A stretch of DNA of 61,292 nt, the filler included, from Sphacelaria rigidula (taxonomy: Eukaryota), in assembly GCA_964200075.2 (NCBI GenBank). It is 5 parts of 5 records of this genome, joined end to end, with 100 filler letters (N's around TTAATTAATTAA, not from the genome) between each part and the next. Parts side by side here need not be neighbours in the genome. Positions count along the whole stretch, not along the records: positions 36,840 to 49,016 come from CAXNAA020004038.1; positions 49,117 to 61,292 come from CAXNAA020004039.1; 3 more parts are not named here. The stretch is one strand, 5' to 3'. This document shows positions 40,831 through 52,139 of this stretch, in pieces (positions within the stretch are counted from its first letter, which is position 1; each line of letters starts with the position of its first letter). A program made the translations under genes and the position numbers. Under the pieces are notes generated by a model. It did no database searches and was not told the origin of the DNA. It saw only the letters and a program-made list of their open reading frames with translations.

Positions 40831-41170
40831 GCCGGTCGGCCCGGCGGCTGAGTTGGTAACCTCAGCACCTTCTGACGGTTGAGTCGTTGGTTCGAATCTC
40901 GGCACAATCTGCGTTTTTTTCTATCACAATGCCCAACAGTGAAGAGCGACTATGTCGTAGGTACACAAAAATTCGACTCCATGGTCGACCAGGGAAAGGG
41001 ACTGCTAAACCCATCTCGCAGAAACAAATAGAGGCAAGCACCGCAGAAGGAAGGTGGAGGAGGTGTGTTGGCCTTCCTCCTGTGTGACCCCGGGTCGTGC
41101 ACCCACATATACCGAAAGGTGTAGACCGGCGTTCAGACAAAATGGGACGACAACACAAAACACACATAAC
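40831..41170 (+). mobile_element. tRNA-derived SINE family 1
   Basis: A-box-like GGCTGAGTTGG and B-box GGTTCGAATC. The body is homologous to 12281-12460 in reverse. The 3' end is approximate. Confidence 0.75.
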
Positions 41171-41295
41171 GGGGATCATATCCTTATTGTGTACACCTCG
41201 ATTATCGATAATGATCTATCTGAAAAATCTAGGATTCCCGTGAATCGCAAGAGTGTGCCCACGGTACTCTGAATCGGGCGATGCATAGTGTCTGA

Positions 41296-41660
41296 TAGAT
41301 ATACAACATATCCACTGAGCTATCAGCCAGCGCTGACTGTTTGGCTCAGTGGATATGTTGTATATCTAACAAAAGTACAACCGGGGTCCGACAGCTGGTT
41401 AGACTTTTGGACTCCGGTTCCTACCCGAGGGTTCTAATCCGTCTAATCAGCGCTGCCCCAAGCGGTTCGCCAGCTTACAGGCGGGAATATGTGTCTTCAT
41501 CCTGACGACTGGTGATATGTACCATGCTTTCAGTGTATCCCAGACTTCTTCTTATATTATTTCCTTCTGCAGAAAAAGGCGTCAAAATGGTCCTTGGAGG
41601 GATCGAACCCCGGTTGTACTTTATTTTAGATATACAACATTATTTCCAACAGTGTCAACA
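41296..41660. repeat. Cluster of tRNA-like SINE heads (family 2) in opposing orientations
   Basis: TGGCTCAGTGG A box at 41342 (+), an inverted partial copy at 41296-41330, and a minus copy with a GGTTCGATCCC B box at about 41590-41660. Confidence 0.6.
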
Positions 41661-42452
41661 CACATGGCGCCAGAGCTTCCTGTATCGGATTTGCCAAGGT
41701 TAGCAGTGTTGAGCGATACATGAGGTGCCCGTTCGCCCTGTACGATGACGCAGCACTGTGCCTCACTCACACTCCCTCGTCGATGCTGGATACACGAGCG
41801 ACATGCCTGTTCTTCAGCATTTTGTTTCTTGTCTTCTCTGCTTTCAGTTCAAATTTGAGCAGTGCGTACCATACCTCAGCCACCATCTGATCTCAGGCAT
41901 ATTTTTTGGGCTCGCTTCGGAGTGTTGTACACTGGTACTTAGATACATTGAATTTGACATGGGAGAACGGATACGCGAAATACGGGATGGTGGACGCGCG
42001 AACTTTCGACAGACCGCAACGACCAGCGAGAAGAACCATGACTCTCAGGGCAATCAGGTTAGCGCGTGCAGCTGTGTGAGTCAGAGACAGTACATACATG
42101 TTCGACTTCCGCACGAAACGCAGGTAGGAATCTATCCCGAACGATCTGGCGCCGCTGCCTTCACTCGGGCCCATTTTATCACCAACATCTTCACGTCGTT
42201 TGTCAGCTCCGGTAGGGTTAATGGATATATCAAGTAGCTAAGCAACACACCTTGATAGACTCCATACATCAATTTGGTCGTTTGTCAGTTCCGATGGGGC
42301 TGATGCATCTAGTGATTAGTTGATTGCGATTTTTGCATTACTTGCTTACTGTAAAACGTCAGCAACACCATCGCCCGGCTGTTGATCCTTGTGTTGTTGG
42401 CCGTGTTGTGGGTCTGCAAAAACAACGTAGTGACAAATTCGTGGGCAAATAC

Positions 42453-42581
42453 CTTGAGCACTGGAGGTTCTGGATAGCGGTAGTCAATGAGAACGTTTTC
42501 TGGCTTGACATCGCGATGGGCGATGCCATTCTGGTGCAGGAAATCCACCGCCGACAGCAACTGAGCCAGAAGTGCGGTAAC
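42453..42581 (-). CDS. CDKL/CMGC-like protein kinase, exon 4 (catalytic loop)
   Basis: Polypyrimidine tract plus CAG, VTALLAQLLSAVDFLHQNGIAHRDVKPENVLIDYRYPEPPVLK, GTATTT donor. 129 nt. Confidence 0.95.
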
Positions 42582-43060
42582 CTGTGCAAGGAAAAAGGAA
42601 GGGAGGGGGGGAGGAGGAGGATAAAAAGGCAGAAGTATAGGCACACTGCAAAGCGTTTGTCAACTTTAGCGTCATATCATCACTGCGCAATTGTTGTTCG
42701 GTCTGCTGGTTGTTGCGATGGGATCACCATTTCGATCTTTGGACAACGTACATCTTGCCTCTTTCGGTGAAGCAGCACTTGAGCAGTACGAACAAGCGAA
42801 TACGTCATTCAAGTTCACGCTGGAGGCGAATGAAGGGGAAAAAGAAGATTCGTAAAGACGAAGAAAGGCGAAAAGCAAACTGGGACACCGGCTGTTCTCC
42901 TCCACGCATGACGTCACATATCTACTTCCCCCCTGACACTGAGGAACGCGCTTGGCATCTCAAAAATAGAACCCCTTCTCCATAGCAGCCAATGAGCGTC
43001 ATTGTAACCACACACATATCTGCACCCTTTCCAGAAATAGGCTAACCTTCCATACTGTAC

Positions 43061-43282
43061 CTCTCCTAGGGAAAGACCGCCGGGACGGTCCTGGATCAGC
43101 TCCAACAGCGTACCCGGGAAATGCTCGAAGACTAAGAATGCTACCTCACCCACGCCCTCCCCCGGCCCCACGGCACCCATTTCCTCGCCCCTCTGCTTTC
43201 CCTCCGCCTCGACTGGCAGCGCGCCGAGACATCGCACGATATGCGGGTGTACCAAACTCATGGCGAGCTGCGCCTCCCGTTT
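43061..43282 (-). CDS. CDKL/CMGC-like protein kinase, exon 3 (alphaC to subdomain V)
   Basis: CAG acceptor, KREAQLAMSLVHPHIVRC...AFLVFEHFPGTLLELIQDRPGGLSLGE, GTACAG donor. 222 nt. Confidence 0.92.
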
Positions 43283-43989
43283 CTGCCGCCCAAGGCGCGA
43301 ATGAGAAGCGTACACACAGCAGGCAAACAAGCGGTTGCTCCTGAGAACACTGTGGAGGTGGTACCCACAGGATTCCGCGGGGTTCACCGTGGGGGTTAGG
43401 CTCAGTCCTGGGTTCGAAAACCACCGGCGGGCGAACTCTTGGGCGCTCCCACCATGGCACATTAATCACACCTTGTTCGAACTTCGTCGCTGTCCATCCT
43501 CAACCCTGACCGCAAACCCAGCCCTGACCGTAAGTACCCTGCTTGCTGTGAGTACTTCAGGATAGGTCGTCCTCTTCATTGTTCCAGCTGCTCAACCAGT
43601 AGTGAGGATCGTTCAAATTTAGACTGTGCCATTGCGCCGAATCTGAGTACCCAACCCTAAAAACAAAATTGCCATCCCCCCGACAGCAGCCTTGACAGTA
43701 ATCGTTATTTCTAACACCTGCCTCTTGGCGTACAGGAACCTGTACCATACTAGATATTGTCGCTGTGACTTTCTTTACGCGCCCGACATACAGCTTGTTC
43801 ACCCAACGCGAGAAAAGCCTCAGCATCGGCCTCCTTGATGATGACGAGAACCCTGGGGGGAGAGAGATGAGCTTCCGGAAGGTTGTATATGCGGCTTTGA
43901 GGATGTGCTCTGATTTCTTAGAGGTGTTGACGTTTTTGGCATCAAGAAGGATAGCAGCTGCAAGAACTGCCTGCGCTACCCCAGCATAC

Positions 43990-44093
43990 CTGTGTGAGCT
44001 TCACGTATGCTTTAGATTCCTCGTCTTCCATGTCGCCCAGTCCCTTGAACTGCTTGATCGCCACAATGGGGTCGAGTTCCGAGGTCGTATCAC
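43990..44093 (-). CDS. CDKL/CMGC-like protein kinase, exon 2 (VAIK)
   Basis: TAG acceptor, GDTTSELDPIVAIKQFKGLGDMEDEESKAYVKLTQ, GTATGC donor. 104 nt, phase consistent with neighbours. Confidence 0.9.
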
Positions 44094-46403
44094 CTAATCG
44101 ATACAGAAATAGAGTATGACAACTTACCCGGACGTATTCAACAACAGTCTCCAAGAACATAGAGTGCACGCACAGGAATTGAGTTAGTGTTGGCAGCGAT
44201 GAACTGAAGGGAAACCCGCCAAGAAGGAATGTATACATGGCGTGTTTGATCGCAGGGGTGAGACATCGGACTAGAGAGCAAGAGTCCATGCAGAGCGCGT
44301 GAGTAAAGAGATCCTTTAGTACTGTGATACACGACCTTGGGTGTACTGTACGAGCATCAGGACACGAGAAAGGATTTTCGGGAAAACTAACTTGTCCTCT
44401 CCAGTCTTATGGCGAAAACAAAAACAAGTCAACTGCCAAGATTCCCGCATACAAAAATCATAGGCACCTCATGTATCTTTCGACGGTTCAACAGGGTTAA
44501 GTCCTGTATTTTCAGTACAAATCAAGGGTTATTTTCCTTGTGGATTACTCCGCCGTGTCTATTTGAACCAGCCGGAAACTTGGCACAGAGGTTGACCACA
44601 ACACAGACAGCATAGTCGCGGAGCGGCGGCACGTTTTACGTGGTGCGCTAGTAGCACGAAGCAAAATACGGATGTTGGGCAATGCCATCGATACGCCCTC
44701 AAAACGCAGTCCCCTCGACCCAGACTGCGTGAGACGTCAGTGGAAGCATATGTTGACATGCAGATACGCCCACTTCCTGCTGGGTGGCTGCTGCCCCGGC
44801 AAACGAACAAATCGATCCATATTGCGCACCCCTGGATGATGTCATTCTACGCGGTACCTATCTTGGTATTGCTTGCAGACGTGCTCACTTCAGGAGACAC
44901 GGCTGTGCAAGCGCTGTTAGTGCTTTCACGTGCTAAAACTTCGACCACATGTCATGCAGACTATAGACAACAACCCCATCTTGCTGAATCTGGGGTTGCG
45001 CGGTGTGTGCGTGCGTATTGGGGTGAAAAGATGTCGGATTCTGTTCCGATTTTTTTTTTTTTTTTGGCGTAAGACTGTCTCATAATAAAATCATGAATTT
45101 TGTTAACTCCTTATTCCCCCACCCCGGGGATGATACGACTAAAACGTTTTCGGGAAGTTACAAGAAAAGTGTTTTTCAACAAGTTCTTGAATACCCCTTT
45201 TAACTGAGGCAGCAAAACCACTTGAAGTTCATGCCCAGAGAGAAGACATCAGCCGTCCGGAGAGGACAACCACGTCCAGGGACGGACCGCGTGCTCCCCG
45301 TATACCGATGGACCGTAACCCTAGTGCTACAAACATCACATTGCATCGTTAAGAGTCAGAGAGCTCTAGGAGATCAGCCTTCTAGTAGCCTGAGAAATAC
45401 ACCTCTCGTACGGCGTGTGCCAGGCCGGGTCGGTCCAGCAAGCCAATTTCCCATTTGCACCACAACGGCCGCAACGCCACTGAAGAACAGTTGTGGGAAG
45501 ACTTTAAAGGATTAGTCGCAAGAAGAATGGCGGGTTTCCTGTCCTGCACTTTCGCAAGGGTTTTCGGGAAATCGGCACCACAGACCTACGATGCCCACAT
45601 CCGGTCATCCAGATCCCTCTCGACAGGACCGGTTAATGCCGTCGGTGTTTGATCTGCAGAAGCGGGTGCGCTTCCAACGATCGGTCGAGTCAAGGTTCCG
45701 TTGTAAAACCAGCTAGATCGTACTCGCAGGCCAGCATCAAAAACTCCGTTACCGCAGTTTCAGACAGTAACCCGATAGTAAGTACTAGTTCTTATTTCCT
45801 GGACACTTGGTCGTTTTCCACGGCACAACGGCGGCGTTCTCTTCGCCAAGGGTTCGGAACGAGTAGCATCCACCGCGCGTTCAACAATGTAGGACTAGGC
45901 TTGCTCCTACCCCTAATTTTAGGTTATATCCCGGAACGCTCAAATCGGCGGAGAATTTCGGTACGGTATGTGTCACAGGTTTCTTGTATTCAAAACGCCG
46001 AAACATGACTCTCGATTTTCGAAAAAATTGATTATGGGCGTATTTTCAAAGCCAGAGGCTTTTGTGGCTTCACTAGCCAGTCTAATTGTCGTCACACGTG
46101 AACCGAACGGCGTCGCACTGGTGAGGTCGTCGCTGTGCATTCTTCAGAGAGCGCGCTATTTAGTGCAGGCCCGATCCCGCGCCCCCCCAAAACGCTTTGT
46201 GCCCAGCAATCGACGACTAACATCTCTCTGCAAAGCCTCCATGTGATGATGGATAGCTGTGGCAGCGACAAAAACGCCAAGCGCGTACCAAAGAACGGCA
46301 GCTGCACGCCAATCGGCATCGATAGACACATCCAGTACTTGTGAAGCTGTGAAGAGTATCGTGCCGTGTGCCTGTAGCAGCCTCCCTCAAAAGTGACCCT
46401 CAC

Positions 46404-46501
46404 CGCGAGAGTCTCTGCAGCGATAGACCCAGCCGTATGCGCCGTCCCCAAGCAAGCACTCGACCTTGTAGCCTCCGATAACACGCTTCGGGGGCCATCA
46501 T
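46404..46501 (-). CDS. CDKL/CMGC-like protein kinase, exon 1 (Gly-rich loop)
   Basis: Translates KRVIGGYKVECLLGDGAYGWVYRCRDSR+G (subdomain I GxGxYG). Donor GTGAGG at 46403, phase 1 matches exon 2. The 5' boundary is uncertain because the ATGs at 46501/46498 are one base out of frame across a C5 run. Confidence 0.85.
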
Positions 46502-46654
46502 TGGTGTGTGTGTGGGCGCGCGCGAGGGGGGTGGGGGGAAGGGAAAACAGCTCCGAGGTTTCGGGTTTACAATAGAATCCTCTTCCAGGTATAACCATTG
46601 GTCGTGTGACTGCAGAATTGGGGGCGTAAGATAAGGGTACAAATTACACGTGTT

Positions 46655-46848
46655 CATTATTATCATTACTACTATCACTATAACTATCATTATCATTCTT
46701 ATTACTACTACTATCACGATTACCGTTATTATTATTCTTATTACAACTCTTGTTATTATCATCATTGCTAATATTATCATTAGTAAAATTGTTATCACTA
46801 TTGCTAACATTGTTATCGTTATCATCATGCTATTACTATTAGTAGTAT
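46655..46848 (+). repeat. Degenerate (ATT/ATC/ACT)n trinucleotide tract
   Basis: Direct reading. It lies just upstream of kinase exon 1. Confidence 0.9.
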
Positions 46849-48511
46849 TTCCGCACATTCGCCCGATCTCTAGCCCTAGAGATCTATATATCTACCAATG
46901 GAAGAAGGGTTCGAAATATGAAAACCAATGGGGGGAAAGCCGAAATATCCTTTCAAGTAAAAGCGTAGCATCAGGACTAGGTTAGGAAGAGACAAATCAG
47001 AGAAAAAGAGGTTTAAAATGGTGGTGAATTGAACGTGAATGTTATCGAACCTTTACACCTTCAACTACCGGGCCTATTGCACACAGTTTTGTTTGATGTG
47101 AAACTTCTCGACTAGACAAGCAACGATCTAGGCCAGCAAAATTTTGCTCAGTAAGATTGGACAGACGATGCTCACAGCGAAGTACTCGTACCAACCGGAC
47201 GAGTCAGGCAATACACTGAGTTGTCATACAAGTACCGCGCGCTCCGTGGACCGCTGTGAAAGTTGACTTGAAGCGCACCCGTCCGCGAGGTTGGAGGATT
47301 TGATTGGTGAGATACAGCAAGTCAGCAAGTGCCATGGTATGTACATCCAATCATTCAGCTTTTGAGTTTCCGTGCGGTGAATGTTGGAAGTAGTCGGATT
47401 GGAAGGCGTACACGCAAGAACTCATCGAAGTAAACTCTAGGTTAAGACGAGAAACAAACGACTACTACCGAACGTACTAGGCTTGTAGCGACGCCAGACT
47501 AAGAAATGATGCCAAGAGAACGAGCCCCTGAAGGGCTCTCCTCTCTCGGTTGATCGTACTGCAGGGAAGGCCGCGATTGCACGCATATTCAGTGCTCCTA
47601 CTCAACAATGGAACCACTTACGGGAGAGTTGCCGCCTGACTCTCCTTCCGCTACCTCCACCGGAATGTCCATTTCCGGCTGCGAGCTAGATATTTCTGGA
47701 GAAGGTTTTGAAATCCCGTCGCGAATATCTGAGATCTCGCGCGGCCCGTTAGATTTTTCTCCGCTTCCACAACGTTCGGGGTCACTTCGCTCTTGTACTC
47801 GTGGTTGTGGTTGTAGAGGCGGGCGCGTCCTCTCCTTGTTGCCATCGTTGCCAGAATGCTTCACGCGTTCTTCTTCCGTGCTACCGTGAACGCCGTCGTT
47901 ATTACCATCACACCCATGGCTAGCTGTAGTACCCTGCACGTGGTCATCCTCCGCGTACTCTTCGAAGCTTTCCGCGTAGCATTCCGACGACTCGTCCTGT
48001 ACTCGAGCAATTTGGTCGGGAGAAGGTATATATATATATATATATATAGACAGACATATATATATTTATATGTATAATCCGCGACATCAAAATGAAAGAC
48101 GCGTACCGGGGGAGAGATGTGTTGATCCCCTGAGGCCACGGACTCATCCGGAGGAAGGGGAGGGGTTCAAAGTGTGAGGGAAAAACAAAACAAAACATAC
48201 AGTATACAAGTTTTTCGGTATTTTTCCAAGTATTGGCTCGCCATCTATATACTGCAAATATTTCATGCTCACTTGTTCATCGTCCTGCGCGTTAATTTTC
48301 AGACAAGAATCTTTACACGCCAGCCCAGTCGACATCATTCTTAGCCCCGTCCGAGACGCGAGCAGCGATCGGGGTTCACCCGGACTGCAGGGATAAGGTG
48401 CTGTATGCGCTGGCACGGCATGACGTTGTACTAGCTGTGTTGCGCCGCGTAGCCCGTACGTCCACGAAAGCCCAAACCACTGGTATGAGGGAATCTTTGT
48501 CCTTGCCTTCC

Positions 48512-48874
48512 TCACGTATTCACCTCGATATCGTCCGGGGCATCTCTTCGTGTTCCTTCGTGATGTCCGTAGTCATCCTCCAAAATTTCCTCCGCATTTT
48601 GACTGCTGTTCTCCAAGAGGTCCTCTCGTCGACTGTCGTCCTCCAAATACTCCTCTTCCGCCGCCACCATCGCCGCTTCTTCACTAGCATCGTCCAGTCG
48701 CTCGCCGGTTGCTGGAACCGTGACAGCGTCAACCATCTTCGGGGTCTCCTGCTCCAACCTCGGACTTTCGTAGTCCGCTGCTCCGCTGGCGAACCCTGAC
48801 TCCAAATGTTCACCCACTGCTTGGCGTCGATTCTCTTTGCTCTCCTCCTTCTCCTCTTCCTTCAGTATTTGCAC
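48512..48874 (-). pseudogene. Acidic low-complexity ORF fragment (exon or retroelement remnant)
   Basis: 120 aa strongly E/D-rich with coding-like composition, near the contig end. Confidence 0.3.
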
Positions 48875-49016
48875 GTTTTAGATGTAGGGGAGAGGGGCCA
48901 AATGTTATCTCAAACTGTATCACCGAGTCCCCTAGCACTACAGATATGGTCCTGTGATCGAGGGATGGGGGGGGGGGGGGGGGGGCGCTTTTTTTGTTTT
49001 GTTTTCTTCGTTTTTT

Positions 49017-49116
49017 NNNNNNNNNNNNNNNNNNNNNNNNNNNNNNNNNNNNNNNNNNNNTTAATTAATTAANNNNNNNNNNNNNNNNNNNNNNNNNNNN
49101 NNNNNNNNNNNNNNNN
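49017..49116. other. Artificial contig-joining spacer
   Basis: Same linker. It truncates the RT ORF of the retrotransposon in contig 5. Confidence 0.97.
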
Positions 49117-50433
49117 GTCGGAGATGTATCTACGAGATGCGGTGCGTTTTGTGTGGGCAAAGAATGGGGCGCTAAGCCATTCACCGCGATGCACCAGGTT
49201 CTCCGCGATAGCCCATTTCCAAAAGGCGATATCCTCGTGAAACTCCCAGCCAAGGTTCACTGTCCGTCTCGCCTTACGTTTCTTCTTCGCGGCTACGTGT
49301 AAATCGGTGAGACGTAGTAGTTGCCATACGAAGAATTTCCCGGGTCTTACAACGAACGTGAGGTTCCAGAGTTTCCCAGCTATGCTCAGTACGTCTTGCG
49401 CAGTCGCGCGTGTCTTGTCGGCGGGCCAGTCGTGCTCCAGCGATTCTGTGGTAGCTTCGATCTTTTCTCGAGTGACCGCTTTCCGCATGGTGTGTGTGTC
49501 GATCGTGAATCCCAACGCATCTACGCTGGTGTCCCACTTTGTACTTTTGTTAGGTGCAAGGATGGGTATCTCACCCAGTTCTCCGGGACCAAACAGTCTG
49601 ATGTGATCTGAGGCTATCGAAGCTGACGCGACTAGCACCGATTTATCGTGCGTGCCGTGCTGTACTCTTGCAAGGATATAGTCATCCACATACACGCTAA
49701 CGAAAAAGGGGTCGTGAAATCCCCCCCCGGTTGCTGGGGGAATTGCAGCGTCGGGCGGGACCTTTGTAGGTGTCCCTTCTTCCCAGGGCTCGACTATGGT
49801 TACATGTTTCATCATCTCTCTACCTTCGTCGAGAATTACGGCGTCGAGAATTGTGGTATTGCAGTGGGCATGTTCAGCAGCCTGTGATAAGAGTCCCCAG
49901 TGGCCGGGAGACCCCGTCCATCCAAACGTAAGCCGAAAGTCCGCTACTATAACGTCGTCTACCACATAACAGCAGTTTTGCGCCTGGTCGGGTGCGATCC
50001 TGACATTTCTGAGTGCATTCGAGACATCCGCCTTTGACAGTAGGATTCTACTATTCGGAAACTTGACACGTAACCTCAGGATTTCATTCAGTAGTTTCGG
50101 GAGTGCCTTTCCGCAGAGGCATTGTGGCACCTCGTCCACAATCGTGTCCCGGTTGAGGCCACCTTTTTCTCCCTTCGGTCCGCTGGGGTCAAACGAAAAG
50201 TCGTTGATGATTCTGACTTTGCTAGTTACTACTGCCCCAAGGGGGGCCACTCTGAGGCCGCCGATTTCGAGCGCCGCCCCTTTCTCGAACACCAGGCATC
50301 TGTTCCTTCGTACATCCTCAATCAACTTCTCCCAGACTTGAGGCATGTGTTCTTCGATACTGCGGTGATTACCGTAAGTCAGTGCTCCTCGAAGATCGGG
50401 AGCACTAGACGATGTGTTCATGGGGACTCCCAT
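49117..50433 (-). CDS. Reverse transcriptase (DIRS-like) up to the start of RNase H
   Basis: Motifs APLGAV..KVRIINDFS, SKADVSNALRNV, RLTFGWTGSP, YVDD (49681-49692), LGFTIDT, LSIAGKL, EDIAFWKW and ISD(AS). Confidence 0.92.
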
Positions 50434-52139
50434 TCAATCATGTGCAGGAGTTCTCGTATCCGAGGAAAGTGTTTTTGGTTTCCGAAATACTAGTGAACGT
50501 CTCTCAGGTTCATCGGCGGTGAAACCAGAGTGCCGCCGAGCCCCGTTGCTACATCTCCGATTCTTCCGTGGTTGAGTCGGACGAGGCTCGTGCAGGTGGC
50601 GGCTAGGTCTGTGATGATGCGTTTCATTTCTGTTGGGTCTACGTGTGTATTCGAGAGTTCTTGCTGTTGCTGTTTCCACCGGGTGTTCAGGTTTTTGCTT
50701 GGGTGGTCTGTGTGTCCGGTTGAGCTTCGGTGGCGTGTGGTCCCGACTGGAGGAGAATTTTTCACCGACCCGAAATTTCGCCTACCAATGATCTCCTTAC
50801 TACCGGTGTTACTCTTTTTCTCTGCGGGCGTCTCACTCGTTAGCGTGTGCGAGCCGTTGTCTGGGGCTACCTGTTTGTAACTGTTGGTCAACGGTTTTAC
50901 GCTAGTGCACCGGGTGCAGTTTTGAACTCGTGCATGCTTTGCGCTCGTCAACATGGACGTGCCGTTGTCCAGGGTTCCCTCGGAACTGCCAGACAATGGG
51001 TCTTCTTCTGCACCTCTATGATCGTTTGCTCCCCTTAAGTCACTGGTTATCGAGTTTACACGCTTTGCGCTCGTCAACATGGACGTACCGTTGTTCAGGG
51101 TTCCTTCGGAACTGCGGAACGCCGGGTCTTCTTCTGCACTGGGTGTGATTCGAATTTCACGGGGAGCATGAGATCTGTTATTGTCTGATCTACCGACGTT
51201 CAGGGTTACCTGTGCGTACCTGCCGACCGCCGGATCTTCATCTGAGCGATGGTGGTTGGATCGAACTTTTGCATGCTTTGCGCTCGTCAACATGGACGTG
51301 CCGTTGTTCAGGGTTCCCTCGGAACTGCCACACAACGGGTCCTCTTCTGAACCTCTATGATTTTTTGCTCCCCTTAAGTCACTGGTTATCGAGTTTACAC
51401 GCTTTGCGCTCGTCAACATGGACGTACCGTTGTTCAGGGTTCCTTCGGAACTGCCGAACGCCGGGTCTTCTTCTGCACTGGGTGTGATTCGAATTTCACG
51501 GGGAGCATGAGATCTGTTATTGTCTGATCTACTGACGTTCAGGGTTACCTGTGCGTACCTGCCGACCGCCGGATCTGCTTCTACACGTGTCCTCTCTGTG
51601 GGGATGTGCGAAGTGGTGTTGGCGTGGTGTCTACGTGTACTACTGTTGTTTTCGTTAGTCATGGAGGGGCAGATTACCTGATCTTGTTCTTGCCTTACCT
51701 GTTCGCGTTCGTGCTGTCCGTCGTACCTCAATGTCGACCGGTCACAGTGATCGTGCGGGCCATTGATCGTGTGCTTGTTGTTTTTCGTGCCATTGCGCGG
51801 GGCGGTGGTCTCATGGAGAATGTCATGCGTGTGAGCTCTACCGTCCAATCTAGGGTACCCTGCAGGCCTTTGCTTGTTACAGAACGTCTTGCTGGGGTTG
51901 GTCATGGATTTTTTTTCCGGTTGTGGGAAGTGCGGAATGGAACTACGCGGTCTACCGCTGAGACGTGCATATGGGTTGTTACGTGCGTTGGTACTTCTGC
52001 TCTCACCGTGAAAGAAGCTTGCCGCCACCGACCCCGGTTGGGGGGCGTGGGCGATACCCACCGACCTCGCTGAGTCCGTGACCAGTGCTCCTCCTCCCCC
52101 AAGACTGGTAGGCCCCGCCGACTGGCGGAGCCCGCACCC
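50434..52139 (-). CDS. Pol N-terminal leader region (low complexity, internal repeats), disrupted at its 3' end
   Basis: Open for about 550 codons from 52139 to the TAG at 50490-50492. Plausible coding continues past the TAG (YFGNQKHFPRIRELLHMIE) and joins the RT frame (GVP) by a 1-nt shift near 50434. Confidence 0.65.
50930..51577 (-). repeat. In-frame nested duplication: two 339-bp units, each containing two 126-bp-spaced subrepeats
   Basis: GCTCGTCAACATGGACGT starts at 50943, 51069, 51282 and 51408. The peptide EEDP..SSEGTLxNGTSMLTSAK occurs four times. Confidence 0.93.

Noticed and set aside
40831..40910. Functional tRNA gene
   Set aside because: A and B boxes are present, but there is no complete acceptor stem or cloverleaf and the sequence continues into a dispersed repeat body (SINE).
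48120..48155. Hammerhead-ribozyme-like CGGATGAGTCCGTG on the minus strand
   Set aside because: The core CUGAUGA is altered and the GAAA strand is absent.
46404..50433. Kinase gene apparently linked to the RT element
   Set aside because: They are separated by an artificial contig linker at 49017-49116.
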